A DNA stretch of 64,000 nucleotides from the NCBI RefSeq assembly GCF_963921235.1, contig NC_086097.1, positions 82,586,001-82,650,000 on the forward strand. The letters run 5' to 3'. The position numbers and the translations under genes are program-made. Below the pieces are notes generated by a model. It had not been told where the DNA came from and searched no databases. It worked only from the letters and a program-made list of their open reading frames with translations. This DNA comes from Mobula hypostoma (Eukaryota). Numbering within the stretch: position 1 is the first letter of the stretch; every line of letters begins with the position of its first letter. This document shows positions 1-12,616 of the stretch, one piece after another.

Positions 1-363
1 ATGCAGGACTCTTAGCATTGGCAATGATCCCTCCCGTCTGTCCAACAATTCCTTTGACCCCTTACCATTAAGCAAGGGGTACTGTAGTATTAGGCCGAGA
101 ACTGTTACAATGGAAAACAGCTTCTAACCCAGGCCATAAGACTACTGAACTCCCTGCCTCCACCCAGGTCTCATCACGTATGAAGCGTCAGTAGCGTTAC
201 ATTCGTACTTTTTAACATGTATTTTAAGTGCACCTTATTATCTGATAATTTATTTGTGGTAATATTACTTTGTGTTACGTGTTTGAGTTATGTGCACTGT
301 GTTGTGCACCTTCGTCCAGATTGTCTTGGTTGAACGACAATCAATTTGAATCTGAGTTTGAAT
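1..363 (+). mobile_element. 3' end of a degraded Rex1/Babar-like LINE
   Basis: AACAGCTTCTAACCCAGGCCATAAGACTACTGAAC resembles the C-terminal 'NSF.PQAIRLLN' motif. It ends in a degenerate (TTGAAT)n tail at about 345-363. Confidence 0.55.
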
Positions 364-1599
364 ATTTACATTCCAAGAGACAAGAATCCTGGCTACTTAT
401 TTGCATTTTAAAAGACAAACTCTGGGATTACATTTAAAGAGTTGCCACAAAAGAATTTAAAATAACTGAATCAGAAGTGTTGCGCAAAATCAACACCCAG
501 AGAGCTCAAATATGCTCTGTTGACTCAAAAACTTGCAGCAATTCATAGTATCTATGTTGCAATAGTTACATGCAGATTTTACAAGTTCACAGTAATTCAA
601 TGGCAATGTTTGATCTTTGTTTTTCTCTGTGGAAGTTGCCTTTCATTGCCTGACTTATCCATCATTTGCTTGATAGCCACTTTTCTCTGTTCTCTCTGCT
701 CTACTGTAGGACCTTGTGTTTATGTTATGACTCCATATGATCAGCTTATGATCAGCTCTCCTGCACTTAGCCTGCATTTCTATTTGTCTCTGCTCCTCGA
801 GCTTGCTATGCCTTACGATCTAAACACTTCCTAAACCTAATCAATGCTTTATTTCTCCTAACATGACTTCAAGCTGTCTTCACCATTAGCCCAATTTCCA
901 GTTTGAATGGCATCTAGGTTGACATATAAGAAACTTTTCCAATTTTATGATGCTAGATGATTCCTTCATGTACCTTAACTGTTTGGACGTAGTGGGAGGG
1001 TAGAATGGAGTTTATGGCCCATGTGGGGAAATAGTCAAGGACAAAAAAGATTGATTTCTGATAGGCTGTTGGTATTGCCCAAGGGTGAGTTACAGTCATC
1101 AGAACACCCCTGCATAAAAGGAGAAGCCTGACATCCATTGTAAATGATAGCATGAAGCATCATTGCTTTTTGAATCTCTCTTTGTCATTTTCAATGACAC
1201 TTGAACCATCTAGTTGTGTCACATAATCAGTCTACGTTATTAACTTGCTTTGTGTTTAAACCTGCTGCTACTGGAAAGCAATTTTAACTATAGGGTAAAT
1301 TTACTTTTACCTGTGCATCCATCAATAATAAAGTAAAAGTGCTATGTGTGCGTAGAATTTGATACCAGATTTGTGGATGGCATAGTCAAGGTAACAGCAA
1401 GTGACAAACTGGAAACAGTGAGGTGTCATTGCCGCAAGGCCATCTTGAGAACATTTACAAACCAAGTGGAGAAAATAGCAAATCAAAGATGACAGTAAAA
1501 GCCATTTTGTTTTAGGTAATCGAGGAAGCTCTTGGCAGTTGTAGATGGGGAAAATTGTAAAATGACAGATTTCAATTGACACAAATAGATCCTGGATTC

Positions 1600-2220
1600 A
1601 CCTCTGCCTGGAGCAGTAAATTGTAGATTATATACACTGCCAATCCATCCTCTCTCCCTCCAAAAATTCTGATCATATACTTGACAGTGAGGAACCAAGC
1701 TTTATGGAGGGCATGGTTAATTGAGCAAAAAAAGAGGTAAATGGAATTCTTTCCAGTGAAATGTCAGGTACATCATTTGAGGGGGTGCAGTAAAGCAAGG
1801 AAATGGACAATAAATAGGAATTTGAGTGGTGTGGTAGAAGAAAGGGATTCTATGTCCGCAATTGTTTAAATAAAACGGGGTAGTTGATAAGATAAACACC
1901 AGAGGGATTCTTTACTAGCTGAGCTATAGAATATATGAGCAGACAGATTGTGGTAGAATTATATGCAATACTAATTTAACTGGAATATCATATTACACTG
2001 GAGAGGATAGTGTTAAGATTTTTTTAGGACATTGATAGAATTGAACAAGTAGGTGAACTTCCTTTAGCAAGGAGTTAAAGCCCAGCAGCCAATCATTGAA
2101 GGTGTCTGGGTAAAGGATTAGAAGAAAGTGAGGAAAGGTTTTTAGCACATAGAGTACCTGGGATCTGGATCTAACTACCTGAAGAGGTGGTAGAGGCAGA
2201 AATCTTTATTACAACTGTTC
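1600..2220 (+). mobile_element. Highly degraded CR1-type LINE fragment
   Basis: Patchy nucleotide similarity to the RT/3' region of the better-preserved CR1 copies in this window. Confidence 0.45.
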
Positions 2221-2779
2221 ACCGTATGCTAGCTGAGATTTCCATGTTTGCTGCTGCTTGAATTTTGGATTGGAACTTGCACACTAATTTTCAAATTCTT
2301 TCCTAACCTCATTTCCCAATCTGCCCCCCTCCCCACATCATTTTACAATTGCCTTTCAAAGACTAGTTCTTTATCAGTTTAATCCCCTCCCAACAAATCA
2401 TCCTAAATTTTTTATGAAGGCAATTAAATCGAACCTGGTTGTCCATGTGCAACACTGCATACAAAACAACTGGTGGTTGCCAATTAAATCTTTCTTTTAC
2501 AGGGGATCAACCAAAGTCTGGCGTTCACTTCAAATGCATCAAGCTGTACCTAGTGATCCACTTTATCACCTTCACTCTCATCCCTTTTGTGTATACTTTC
2601 TTCTGTAGCTTAATGTCAAATATTTAGTTACATGCTTATGAAGTACCTTGGAATGTTAACTCAATGAAAACATTATACGTGTAAGTTGTTAAAGTGCTAG
2701 TGCCCATGTGAATAGCTCCACTGTGCAAGAATTTGTATACACTCAAATGTAGCATTTTTATGACAAATGTATGGCCAAT

Positions 2780-3183
2780 CACTTGTCAAGATCTAACTGG
2801 TCTTCAAGACAGCTTTCCAATTAGTCACAGTCCCTTGCTATTTCCTTGTGGGCCTCATTTGTTTAATTTTGTATTAAATACTTCATAACTTAGGCAGGGC
2901 ATTCTACTTTGTAAAAATAATGTTTTGTTAAGCTCACATCATACCTTCTACTTTTTATACCTATGGAAATCGTTTTACTTCCTGTCTACCCTCACAAAAC
3001 TATCATTATTTTGAAAGTGTTTGGTGATTCTCTTCTTAACCTCTTATGCTGAAAAGGAGAACCTCTCAGTCTTCTTTGGGGTCTTCACTTAACTGGAATC
3101 CCTCATCTCCTGATAAATTTCTTGTGCACCCTCTCCAAAGTCTAGATATGCCTCATAAAAGTGGGAATGCAGTTTAACTGTTC
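2780..3183 (-). mobile_element. Degraded CR1 3' fragment, adjacent to or interrupted by the L1 insertion
   Basis: Similar to minus-strand CR1 3' ends elsewhere in the window (e.g. CTTGTGCACCCTCTCCAAAG). Confidence 0.45.
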
Positions 3184-3194
3184 ATTCATAATCT

Positions 3195-4274
3195 TTCTTT
3201 TCTTTATTAATCTTTTTATTGATTTAAAAGGAGCATAATTACAATCAAGAGGAGAATTATTTTGAATATATATATCAGTAACAATATAAACCGAGATTAA
3301 GATAGACATTGTCAAAATCATAGATATTGTTAAACTAGTATAAAATATATAATTAAAAAATGAAAATAACAATTCTCCTCTTATCAGTTTATGAAGAGAA
3401 AAGAAAAAACATTAGGTTTTAAATGGAAAGGAAAAAAAAACCACTACACTATATTAAAAAAAACAAAAAAAACAAAGAGAAAAGGGGCTGGACAGTCTAT
3501 CTTGAGGATACAACCAAAAAAAAAGAAAGAAAGACTTTCTGATCAAATCTAAAACTTCGAAAGAGTAATAAATCAGATTAAATGAAAATATTGGATAAAA
3601 GGTCACTAGATTTGCTCAAATTTAAAGGATGTATCAAATGTCTGACTTCTTATTTTCTCTAAACTTAAACAGAACATAATGGAGGAGAGCCAATAAAAGA
3701 CCGTAGATGGATTAGAATCCTTCCACTTCAATAAAATGGCTCTCCTAGCCAGTAAGGTCGAAAAGGCTATCATACATTGAGCGGAAACAGGAATATTTCC
3801 TGCTTCTGATAGGATAATCCCAAAAATTGCCGTAAGCAAATTAGGTTGTAGATCCAGATCCAAAACTTTGCATAGTGTTATAAAAACATCTCTCCAAAAG
3901 TTATCTAGCTTTATACAAGACCAATACATATGAGTTAAAGTGGCCAGCTCAGTGTTACATCTGTCACAAGTAGGATTGATGTTGGAGAAAATATGTGCTG
4001 GTTTACCCTTTGACATATGGGCCCGATGCACTACCTTGAACTGTATCAAGGAATGATGGGCACAAGTAGATGAGCTGTAAACCGAATGAAAAATTTTACT
4101 CCATTGATTATCTGAAAATGACTCTTGAAATTCCGATTCCCAAGCGCGTTTAATTTTATCATTAGATATCATTCATGAATTCAATAACCATTTATAGATT
4201 ATAGCTATCAACCCTTTTTGAAATGTGTTTAAACTGAAAGAGAGCATCTGTCATATTCGGTGGATAAGCAGAAG
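3195..4274 (-). mobile_element. 5'-truncated L1-clade LINE (ORF2 C-terminal CCHC region, 3'UTR, A-rich tail)
   Basis: ORF 3606-4172 reads ...IQFKVVHRAH...CDRCNTELATLTHMYWSC...FWRDV..., typical of fish-type L1 ORF2. AATAAA and an A-rich tail lie on the - strand near 3195-3220. 11-bp TSD ATTCATAATCT at 3184-3194 and 4275-4285. Confidence 0.9.
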
Positions 4275-4988
4275 ATTCATAATCTAATTGGAATCCAGGA
4301 ATCTCTGTAATTTTGTTTCTATCAACTTTCTGCTTTCAGTGGTTTACATTTGTTAAACTGATAAATGTCTGTTTCCCTACATCCACTTTGCAATTGTGAC
4401 AGAATTAAGTATATTTATTTTTGTTAGTTTTCGCCATGTTTTTTTTCCTTTGAGTCAATACCAATAACAATGATGTTGCTGTGGAGGTTCTTCATTCAAG
4501 GAATGGGCTTATATGGGTTTTCATCCTCAACCTGAATCCTTAACTTGCTGTCTCAGACTTGTAGGCTTGTAAACTTAAGAAAATTGGAAAGCAGGTACCT
4601 TGTTATCTCCTTTGTTTCACCTTCTTAGTAGCTGTTAGTGAAAAGGACTGACAGTGTTCTGTATAGTTTTTCTGATGGAGACCTGCATGTAGCAAAGATA
4701 TTTATAATGAGAAATCAGAATCCTTTATTATCGGCAAGTATGTGGACACATACAGGGAATTTGATGCCGGTTTCCCTGAGCTCTCACTGTACATAATCAA
4801 AAAGCAAACAAAATAATAGTGCAAATAATCGTGAACTATATACAATGAGGTATACCTGTGTATGTACAGGTGGACTTGGTTTATAATAGACTAAAATTCA
4901 AGTGTTCATAAGACTGATGGCATATGAAAAGAACAGTTAAACTTATAAAAGGTCCTTCTGTAAGCTCACTCTGTTTCTTTCCAAATAG

Positions 4989-5124
4989 GGTAACACATGC
5001 TTAGAGAATGGCTCCTATCTACTGAATTATGTGGGTTGTGCTAAGTGCAGTAAAAGAGACTTTGTGCTGATTACTAATAGAACCCAGGACGATGATGACG
5101 GAGAAGAAATTGTTACATATGACC
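4989..5124 (+). CDS. CHURC1: Churchill zinc-binding protein, coding exon 2 ([45 protein letters not shown])
   Basis: Acceptor AG at 4987-4988 after a pyrimidine tract and donor GTGAGT at 5125. 136 nt, phase 0 to 1. The translation is recognisably vertebrate Churchill. Confidence 0.96.
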
Positions 5125-6588
5125 GTGAGTTACTGGCTTTTAAATCTTCAGTTCAAGTTGAAGTTAAATTTTTAAACATCGAAAAAGATTGTATTTCAAT
5201 ACCCAAAAGTGGCCAAAAGTATTTGAGCGTTATGTTTAAAAAGCTCAATTCTTATGCAATAACACTAGAAACAGGTTTCCCTTAAATTTTCCTTTTATGA
5301 AGAAAAATTAGAGGGTGGAGAAAAATGTTTGCAATCTTTGTTACTTGGGAACTTTAGTATCCAGTGTACTCTTGTTAAATCCTTGCTATTACAATGTACT
5401 GTCAGCAATCAGTGGGGAGTGGGGGTTGCAGTACTGATCACATGAGAATTACTCCAAGCAGTTCTGGTGCACCATACACTAGTATGCTATGCATCAACCT
5501 TAAAATTGCTGTACATCATTTGCTTATCCTTTTAAGTAATATTTTACACTGCAGTTCTATATTTTATTGTGAAACAATATAAATATAAAATGCAACGAAA
5601 ATAAGTGGACGATTGGTGCTCACCATTACATGAAGGGTCAAGTCCTCAGAGTATTGTTGCTGAACAGGCTGTAACTGTACATCCGAATGTGATGTGTAAA
5701 TGAAAATGAACTGAAAGCACCTTTTCACACTTACCTTGCAGAATGCTTGAAATAAAATTCTCTGCTAAGCTCATATTTTTGTAAAAACGGGTTTTTTTTG
5801 GCCAGGTTGCATGAGTATTCCAGATGAATGAATACAGGATAAGTGAGAACTTGCTATATTGAATGCATTACTGTATATACATTTGTCTGGATTTACAAAA
5901 TGGAATTTTATAGATCCAGAGCACTGAAATAATAGAATGGCAAGGAATGCTGATGTAGCTGTTTGAGATTCCACTTGTTTGAATTGAGATAGTAAGCTGT
6001 TTTAAGCTTTTGTTGAATTAGCATTGGTGTCTTATTAAAATTTGAAGATCCCAGAATTAGCTGAATGACATAAACTTCGATTTTCATTGCAGATTTCTTT
6101 TTACAGCTTGAAGCGACATGGGAGAGAAAAATATTGATCTAGAAATTGTGAAATAAATTAACATTTTCCTGTAAATATTTTTGATTGACATTCCGTGAAA
6201 ACCATTATATTCTGTAATAGCTATCTGTAAAGGTTCTTTAATAGGCGATCTGTATTATTTGTACTTACTGAAAGTGTTTTAATATATCGTCACATGCAAA
6301 AAAAAACTCAAAATAGTACCATTATTGTGATGTCCTCAGCAAGTACCATGTAAACTAACCAGAGAGATTCCAAGGTATTAATTTGATCCTTGGATATAAA
6401 ACAATTGTTTAAGATTTGCCTTTGTAGTTTACTAATGCATATAGAGGCCCTTATTATATAGTTGTTGATTTATCTATTTAGTAATTTATTTATATATAAT
6501 TAAATAATGCATATAGAGGCCTTTATTATATATCATCCTGAACTGCACTGCTGAACAACCTCCATTTGCATCATTTGTGTTCTTTCAG

Positions 6589-6659
6589 ACATATGTCAGA
6601 ATTGCCACCATATTATAGCAAGACATGAATACACGTTTACTGTTGTTGATGAGTACCAG
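6589..6659 (+). CDS. CHURC1: Churchill coding exon 3 ([24 protein letters not shown])
   Basis: TTCTTTCAG acceptor and GTAAGA donor. 71 nt; the phase joins exon 2 (C|AC = His) and exon 4 in frame. Confidence 0.96.
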
Positions 6660-6779
6660 GTAAGAACTAGTCCCTGTTTGTTAAACATTGTAAATAATGA
6701 CACATTTTTTTAATAATAGCATACCCAGCACTGTAGTTTTATTTACAGAAAATGTGATATGTCATTCTGAATCTATATC

Positions 6780-7705
6780 AGTGATAGGAGGAAATCAGGA
6801 GGTCGTAAAGGGATGGTGAGATATCCCTGCTAGATAAGATTAGGAATAATCCTAAAAGATTCTGTTTATTAAGAGCGAAAGGGTAATTAGAAAGAATATC
6901 CCTTAAGGGTCAGTGTGGTAACCTGTGTGTGGAGCCAAGGGAAATGGGCAAGATCTGAAATGAATATTGATTGTGAAGAAGGATATGGGTGTCATTGAGT
7001 TCAGGGGATGGGACAGTGATATCCTGGAGCATATTGACATGACAAGGGAGGAAGTGATGGAGGTCTTGAAACCCATAAAAGTCAATAATCACAGAGCCTG
7101 ATCAGATGTACATGAGGATATTAAATGAAGGAACAAAGAGGTCGGCAGAGAATTTTGTGTCTTTGTTAGCCACAGGTGAGGTATGTGAAGAGAAGGTTAC
7201 TTATATTGTGCCTTTATTTAAGAAGGGCAGCAGAAACAAGCCAGGAACTTCAGACTGGTGAACCATGCCCCACGGGGTGGGAAAGGTATTGTAGGGAATC
7301 TGAGTGACGGGATTTATTTGTAGTTGGAAAGATAGGGATAGTGAGCATGGTTTTACACAAGAACCCAAGAAATAGGAGCAAGAGTCAGCCATCTGGCCTA
7401 TTGAACCTGTTCCACATTCAATAAGGTCATGGCTGATCTGGCCGTGAACTCAGCTCCACCTATGTTGTCTTTTCCCCATCACTCTGCTAAACAAAAACCT
7501 GTGAACACTGTGTACAGTTCTGGTCGCCACACTCAAGGAAGGATTAAACTTGAAGGAGTGCAAAAGAATTCACAAGGTGTTGAAGGGCTTGATTTATGGA
7601 CTTGGATTTAATCAAATAAGTGGGATTACTGTAGATAAAAATGATGATGAGCATGGCTGTGGTAGACCAAGGGGCCTGCTTCTATGCTGTGCAACTCTGT
7701 TATAT
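6780..7705 (+). mobile_element. Degraded, internally deleted CR1 fragments in CHURC1 intron 3
   Basis: Remnants such as GTGCCTTTATTTAAGAAGGGCAGCAGAAACAAGCCAGG (VPLFKKG..KPG) and a CR1-like 3' tail. Confidence 0.65.
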
Positions 7706-8139
7706 CCATTAGAATGTCTGGAAATCAAGCAAAATTGGATCTTCATTCTGTTCTAAGTATTTTAAACATTGACCTTCAAAACTGATTTTAAAAATTACTT
7801 GTTTCCCAACAGTTGTTCATGCCTGTCAGCACTCTTGATATAAATGAATAATTTCTCATCTCATGACAGCATTGTCAGGTCTGCTATTGAACAATATCCA
7901 TCATATATATGTAATCAGATAGTATCAGTTTGAGACAAATGCTTAAGTGTGCATAAAGGAAAACTAAGGTGATTGGGGCACATTTAAAACTTAAAAGAGT
8001 ACAGCTGGGTAGAATTTTTCATTCATTACTACTATGGTTAAAGTGTTGCCTTGGTTTGAAATCATTCAGTCATTCTTACCTTGTATTGATACAACATGCT
8101 TCCAAAATTAATTACCCCTAGGTGCCTAATGAGTGTCAT

Positions 8140-8391
8140 TATTAGGCATCCGTTAGTCTCGTGAGACCATGGATTTGCGCCTTGGAAGGTTTCCAGGGTG
8201 CAGGCCAGGGCAAGGTTGTATGGAAGTCTCAAGTCTGCAAGTCTCCCCTCTCCACGCCACCGATGTTGTCCAAGGGAAGGGCACTAGGGTTAAGTGCCTC
8301 GCTCAAGGGCACACCACGCTGCTTCAGCTGAGGCTTGAACTAGTGACCTTCAGATCACTAGACCGACGCCTTAACCACTTGGCTACACGCC
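8140..8391 (-). mobile_element. tRNA-derived SINE with an RTE-like 3' part
   Basis: The minus strand begins GGCGTGTAGCCAAGTGGTTAAGGCG (A box) ... TAGTTCAAGCC (B-box-like), then TGCCCTTGAGCGAGGCACTTAACC. Confidence 0.75.
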
Positions 8392-8618
8392 AACACATGA
8401 GTGTTAATTGCGGTTAATTCCCTAACTAGCCAGCTCAATCTGCTTCAAATTCACCTTGGTCTCTTTATACCCCCACCTGGAAAATGCACTAATGTTGTAA
8501 TAAGAAATTCAGTTTTTTATTTGACAAGAAACTGCTTTAACACTGAGCAGATTGATGTTTCATATTTGCAGTGCTGATGTTTTTGAAGTACTAAATCTTT
8601 TCTTCCTTTTTACTTCAG

Positions 8619-8711
8619 GAATATACTATGTTGTGTATGCTGTGTGGAAAAGCGGAAGACTCTATCAGTGTATTGCCAGATGATCCACGGCAAATGGCTC
8701 CCCTCTTCTGA
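8619..8711 (+). CDS. CHURC1: Churchill last coding exon ([30 protein letters not shown])
   Basis: Long pyrimidine tract plus CAG acceptor; 93 nt ending in TGA. Matches the Churchill C-terminus (LCxLCGKAEDxISxLPDDPRQ). Confidence 0.96.
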   Translation, partial: EYTMLCMLCGKAEDSISVLPDDPRQMAPLF

Positions 8712-8862
8712 AATCTGTTTCTGTACAATTCAGGGAATGTGTTTGCATAGGGTATGCGATATCAAGTTAGAGAAATGAACGATAAACTGAAATGGAAACC
8801 CCTTCATTTAAACTTGCTACTAGAGGATGTTCCATAAATAGTCCTCTTTGGCACTTCTCAAA

Positions 8863-8868
8863 AATAAA
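8863..8868 (+). terminator. Candidate CHURC1 polyadenylation signal AATAAA
   Basis: About 150 nt after the stop codon, followed by a T/GT-rich stretch (TTTTTGCTTGTATTGTTGTATTT). Confidence 0.55.
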
Positions 8869-9568
8869 TTTTTGCTTGTATTGTTGTATTTACCAGTACT
8901 ACCTTGCAACTCAATTGTTTTAACCTGCTGAGTTTCCTGCCTAATGTACAACTTGCATGACCTTCCAAAGCATTCTGAGAAAGGAGATGATGGTTCTGTT
9001 TTTAATCCCTTTATCGTGAATAATTCCAAAACAATTTGTATTCTATTTATGTGTCCCTCTTTAACACCTCAGAAGGCTGTGTGCCTTGCTTTGGGAAATA
9101 ACTTCTAATGGGTCTACAACCCAACTTTTCCTAATTCTTAGGTACTGGCTGAGCTAGGGTGCTAGTTACAACGACTCAGCGTAGTTAATAGATCCAAAGA
9201 GAACATTGTCCCAGTGCACAGTGCAGTGCAAAACCAATCAGGTTCTGCCGCATCTTGTATTTTATTTGTTGTAGGATGTGGAAATTTCAGCAATGTTATC
9301 CATCCTAGTTCCCCTGACGTATGAGGCAGTTAGAAGTCAACTGTGTAGCTGGTGTGGAAGTAGAGTACAGGTAGGCCAGATAAGGATGGAAAGGTTTCTT
9401 CTCAGAAAGTTTTCTTCTCTGAAAATTTTTGCATTTTTGAACCAGACAGGTTCTTATGTTGACCCAGTGGAGTTGTCAAGCACTCCAGAATTTAAACACA
9501 ATATTGCACTATATTAAAATTTCTATTATATTCTAATATAATCCCAGTAAAATAGTTTGGGGTTAGAT

Positions 9569-9666
9569 CACAAACATGAGAAAATCTACAGATGCTGGAA
9601 ATCCAGGCAGCATCTGTGGAAAAGAGTGAACAATTGATGTTTTGGGCTGAGACCCTTCATCAGTAA
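9569..9666 (-). mobile_element. 98-bp Penelope-derived mini insertion with a decayed hammerhead motif
   Basis: PLE terminus (AAATCTACAGATGCTGGAAATCC...GAGACCCTTCATCAG). 12-bp TSD TTGGGGTTAGAT at 9557-9568 and 9667-9678. Confidence 0.8.
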
Positions 9667-12149
9667 TTGGGGTTAGATTATTGGGTTTCTGAATAACTTC
9701 CTTGTCCTTTGAAGCCGAATTGAGAATTGTATCAAAGTGAATTTGAACGCTTATCTTTGTTCAATAAATGAGGATATGAAATTCAGGGAGAAAAATAATT
9801 ATATTTGTGGCTGCTTGAACAAATGTCTTTAATATGTGTTCTGTCTTAGAGCAAACTTGTTTGCATCATAAAGATCACCTAATGTTGTGCCTTGGGCTGC
9901 CAACTGCTAGGAATATATTCACTTGTACTTCATTTAACAGGCTAATGAGGTACTGCCACACCGAGCTACCACGCTAGGCATTATTTTTTGTTAGTTGATC
10001 TGTTGAATAAGTTGAAATTTTATCTTCTGATGAAGGATAGCTTTCATTCACACTAAACCATAAGATCTGTTCTCTTTTGGAATTGATGTATTTTGCTCAG
10101 AAACTCTTAATATCTGCAATAATGAAACTAGTATACCATCACTATGTGGTTATTTTATTCATTACTGCTCTGCATTGTATGAAGAGTCATTAACTAGGGC
10201 AATAATGAAAGCATTTTAAAGCAAATTAAAACTAGACTGACAGTCTTTCTTAGTCATCACTGGACCAAGAAATTTCCAAGATGTTCATCAGATATACCCA
10301 ATTACTGCAGGAGCGGATAGAAATAACACCTACAACAGTGTTTTAACAGACACCAGACAACTGACTGGGCATGTCTTGATAAAGGTCCAGGTTGCTTCTT
10401 GGCTTGACATTGTTTCTTGTGAGATAACACATAAAGGAAATTGAGGTGATATTTTCTTACATCAGCCGATTACTGAATTTTCTGAACCACGGCATTTGAG
10501 ATATCTTACACTTTGGTTTTTAAAGTATTGCTTTTCTGGAGCAGCTTGATTGGGATGGACCTTGGGGAGCAAAATTATCTGTGCAAGTCAGCAAGAGAAT
10601 GCTGGTTAATTTATTTATTGCCATCCTCAGCCTCTTAAGCTGCTTTTATCTCGGGTTGACTGCAGGGAGGATTAAATATTTGAAATTAATTTTGTTAGTG
10701 ATCTAGTTTGTGTTTGGATATGCCCTGTAGCCAAGAGGCTGTTAACATTCCTCAGATAATTGTGGCTAATCACTGCCTACACTGCCGTGTGAAGTGTACC
10801 TCGTTAACATCTGTTTGTTGCTCAATAGTTCATTGCTTTTGTAATACTTGATTTAACCTGCTAAATTCTACCTGTGAGTAATTTTGGTAAAAGACTCTTT
10901 TAAATTGCAGTTTAAAAAATAAAAATTTGTTATTTCAATATTTATACTGTGGGTCTTTAATTTCCTTGTGGGACATCTGTATTGCTATTAGGGCAGGTGT
11001 TTATCGCTGATTTTAGTTTGCTCTTTAAAATGGTGGCAGGTAATCAGTTTAAATCGTTGCTGTCCTGCAGTGCTGCTGGGCAATTCCATGATTTTTATCT
11101 AGTAACGATCAAGAAACAATGGGCATAAATTGGAAATACACCTGCTGCTATTGTCTGTCTAAATGCTTGAGGCTGTGGATTTAAGAGGTCATGCTGAGCA
11201 TGCCTTTGGTATTTAATAAAGTGTACACTGCAGCACTAGCGAATTGAATGAATATTTGGATTGTGGATGGCATGCTATTCAGTCAGGCTTTCTTCTTTCA
11301 TTTGGTGATGTGCTTTGTAATGAACATTGAAAAAAACAGCAGATGCTAAAAACTTTGAAATTAAAACAAAATATTGGAACATTGGGCCAAATAGCATCCA
11401 TGAAAGCAAACAGAATAATGTTTCCGTTTGGAGAGTCTTTGTCAGAAATTTACAGTAAAGGTGGTGGAGGAGCAGTAGGACAAAGAGAATGTTTGTCATT
11501 AGCAAAGGGTTAATAGGGGCAGTGAGAAGGTGATTATGTATTTTTTGTTGTAATTGCATAGCTGTGGGATAAACCCACAGTCCATTGAGAGAGAAGGAAA
11601 TTAATGGCGAAACCAGAGCCAATATCGCTGGCAGTAATAGTCTGGAAGATCTGCTGGTCCAAAACAATGAAAGTTCTGAGAATGTTGGATGATCAGAGTT
11701 GTGCTGTATTTTCTGTTTTATGTAATTTACCTTTCACTTGTTCCCGTCATTTCTAATTATTCACTGACTCATCTGCAACATAAATTATTTCCAGATATGC
11801 CTTTGCTCTTCTGCCAGGCTATTCAACTCAATATATCTCTCTATCGACAGAAGAAACTTACTGTTTTCTCCCCTCATTCTGGCTTCTTTGTTTGAGAAAT
11901 GCATCAAGACTTGTTTTTCCAGTCTGTGATATTTTGCAAATAGATTAGGTGGGTCCTTTTCATTCCTGCTGTTTAATATCCAATTTGAACATGAATATTA
12001 CTAATACTGTTCAATCCTTGTCAGATAGATTACTGCAGGAGAGGAATACATGTATATTAGAATGAAATGGGTTATTTTATGTGTCTTCTAATTTTGAAAG
12101 TAAATATTTCAAGCTGGCAATTTTTCTTATCATATTTTAATATTTTTAT

Positions 12150-12422
12150 GGAGCACCATGTTAGTGTAGTGGTTAACATCATGCTGTTACAGCTTGGGGC
12201 ATTGGAATTCAAAGTTCATATTTGGCATCCTCTGTAAGAAAGCTTGTATGTCCTTCCCGTGAAGCGCGTGTGTTTCCTCTGGATGCTCCTGTCCAAAGAC
12301 CTACCAGCTGGTGGGTTAATTCATCATTGTAAGTTGTCCTGTGACTAGGCTTGGGTTGAATTGATGAGTTGCTGGGTGGGCTGGAAGGGCTCGTTCCACG
12401 TTATATTGCTAAATAAATAAAA
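12150..12422 (+). mobile_element. tRNA-derived V-SINE/HE1-like SINE
   Basis: TAGTGTAGTGGTTA A box; V-domain-like TTGTATGTCCTTCCCGTG...GTTTCCTCTGGATGCTCC; (TAAA)n tail. Confidence 0.65.
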
Positions 12423-12616
12423 TTTCTTCCAATTGACATTAACATTCGGAATATAGACAGGAAAGTTTACAAAATTACATATTTACAGTGGCAGGACATT
12501 CCAACTAGTTTCTGAGTACAAACTGCAGACAACCAAAATATAAATCCCTTTTGAAGGATTGCTCCATGAATATACAACTGACCAGAAAGTTAAGTGATAA
12601 AACAGATCTGTAATGA

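Noticed and set aside
5031..5285. 84-aa ORF as a standalone protein
   Set aside because: It is CHURC1 exon 2 read through the GTGAGT donor into intron 2.
8290..8391. tRNA genes (also at 15700-15770)
   Set aside because: A and B boxes are present, but there is no full cloverleaf or acceptor stem and they continue into SINE bodies.
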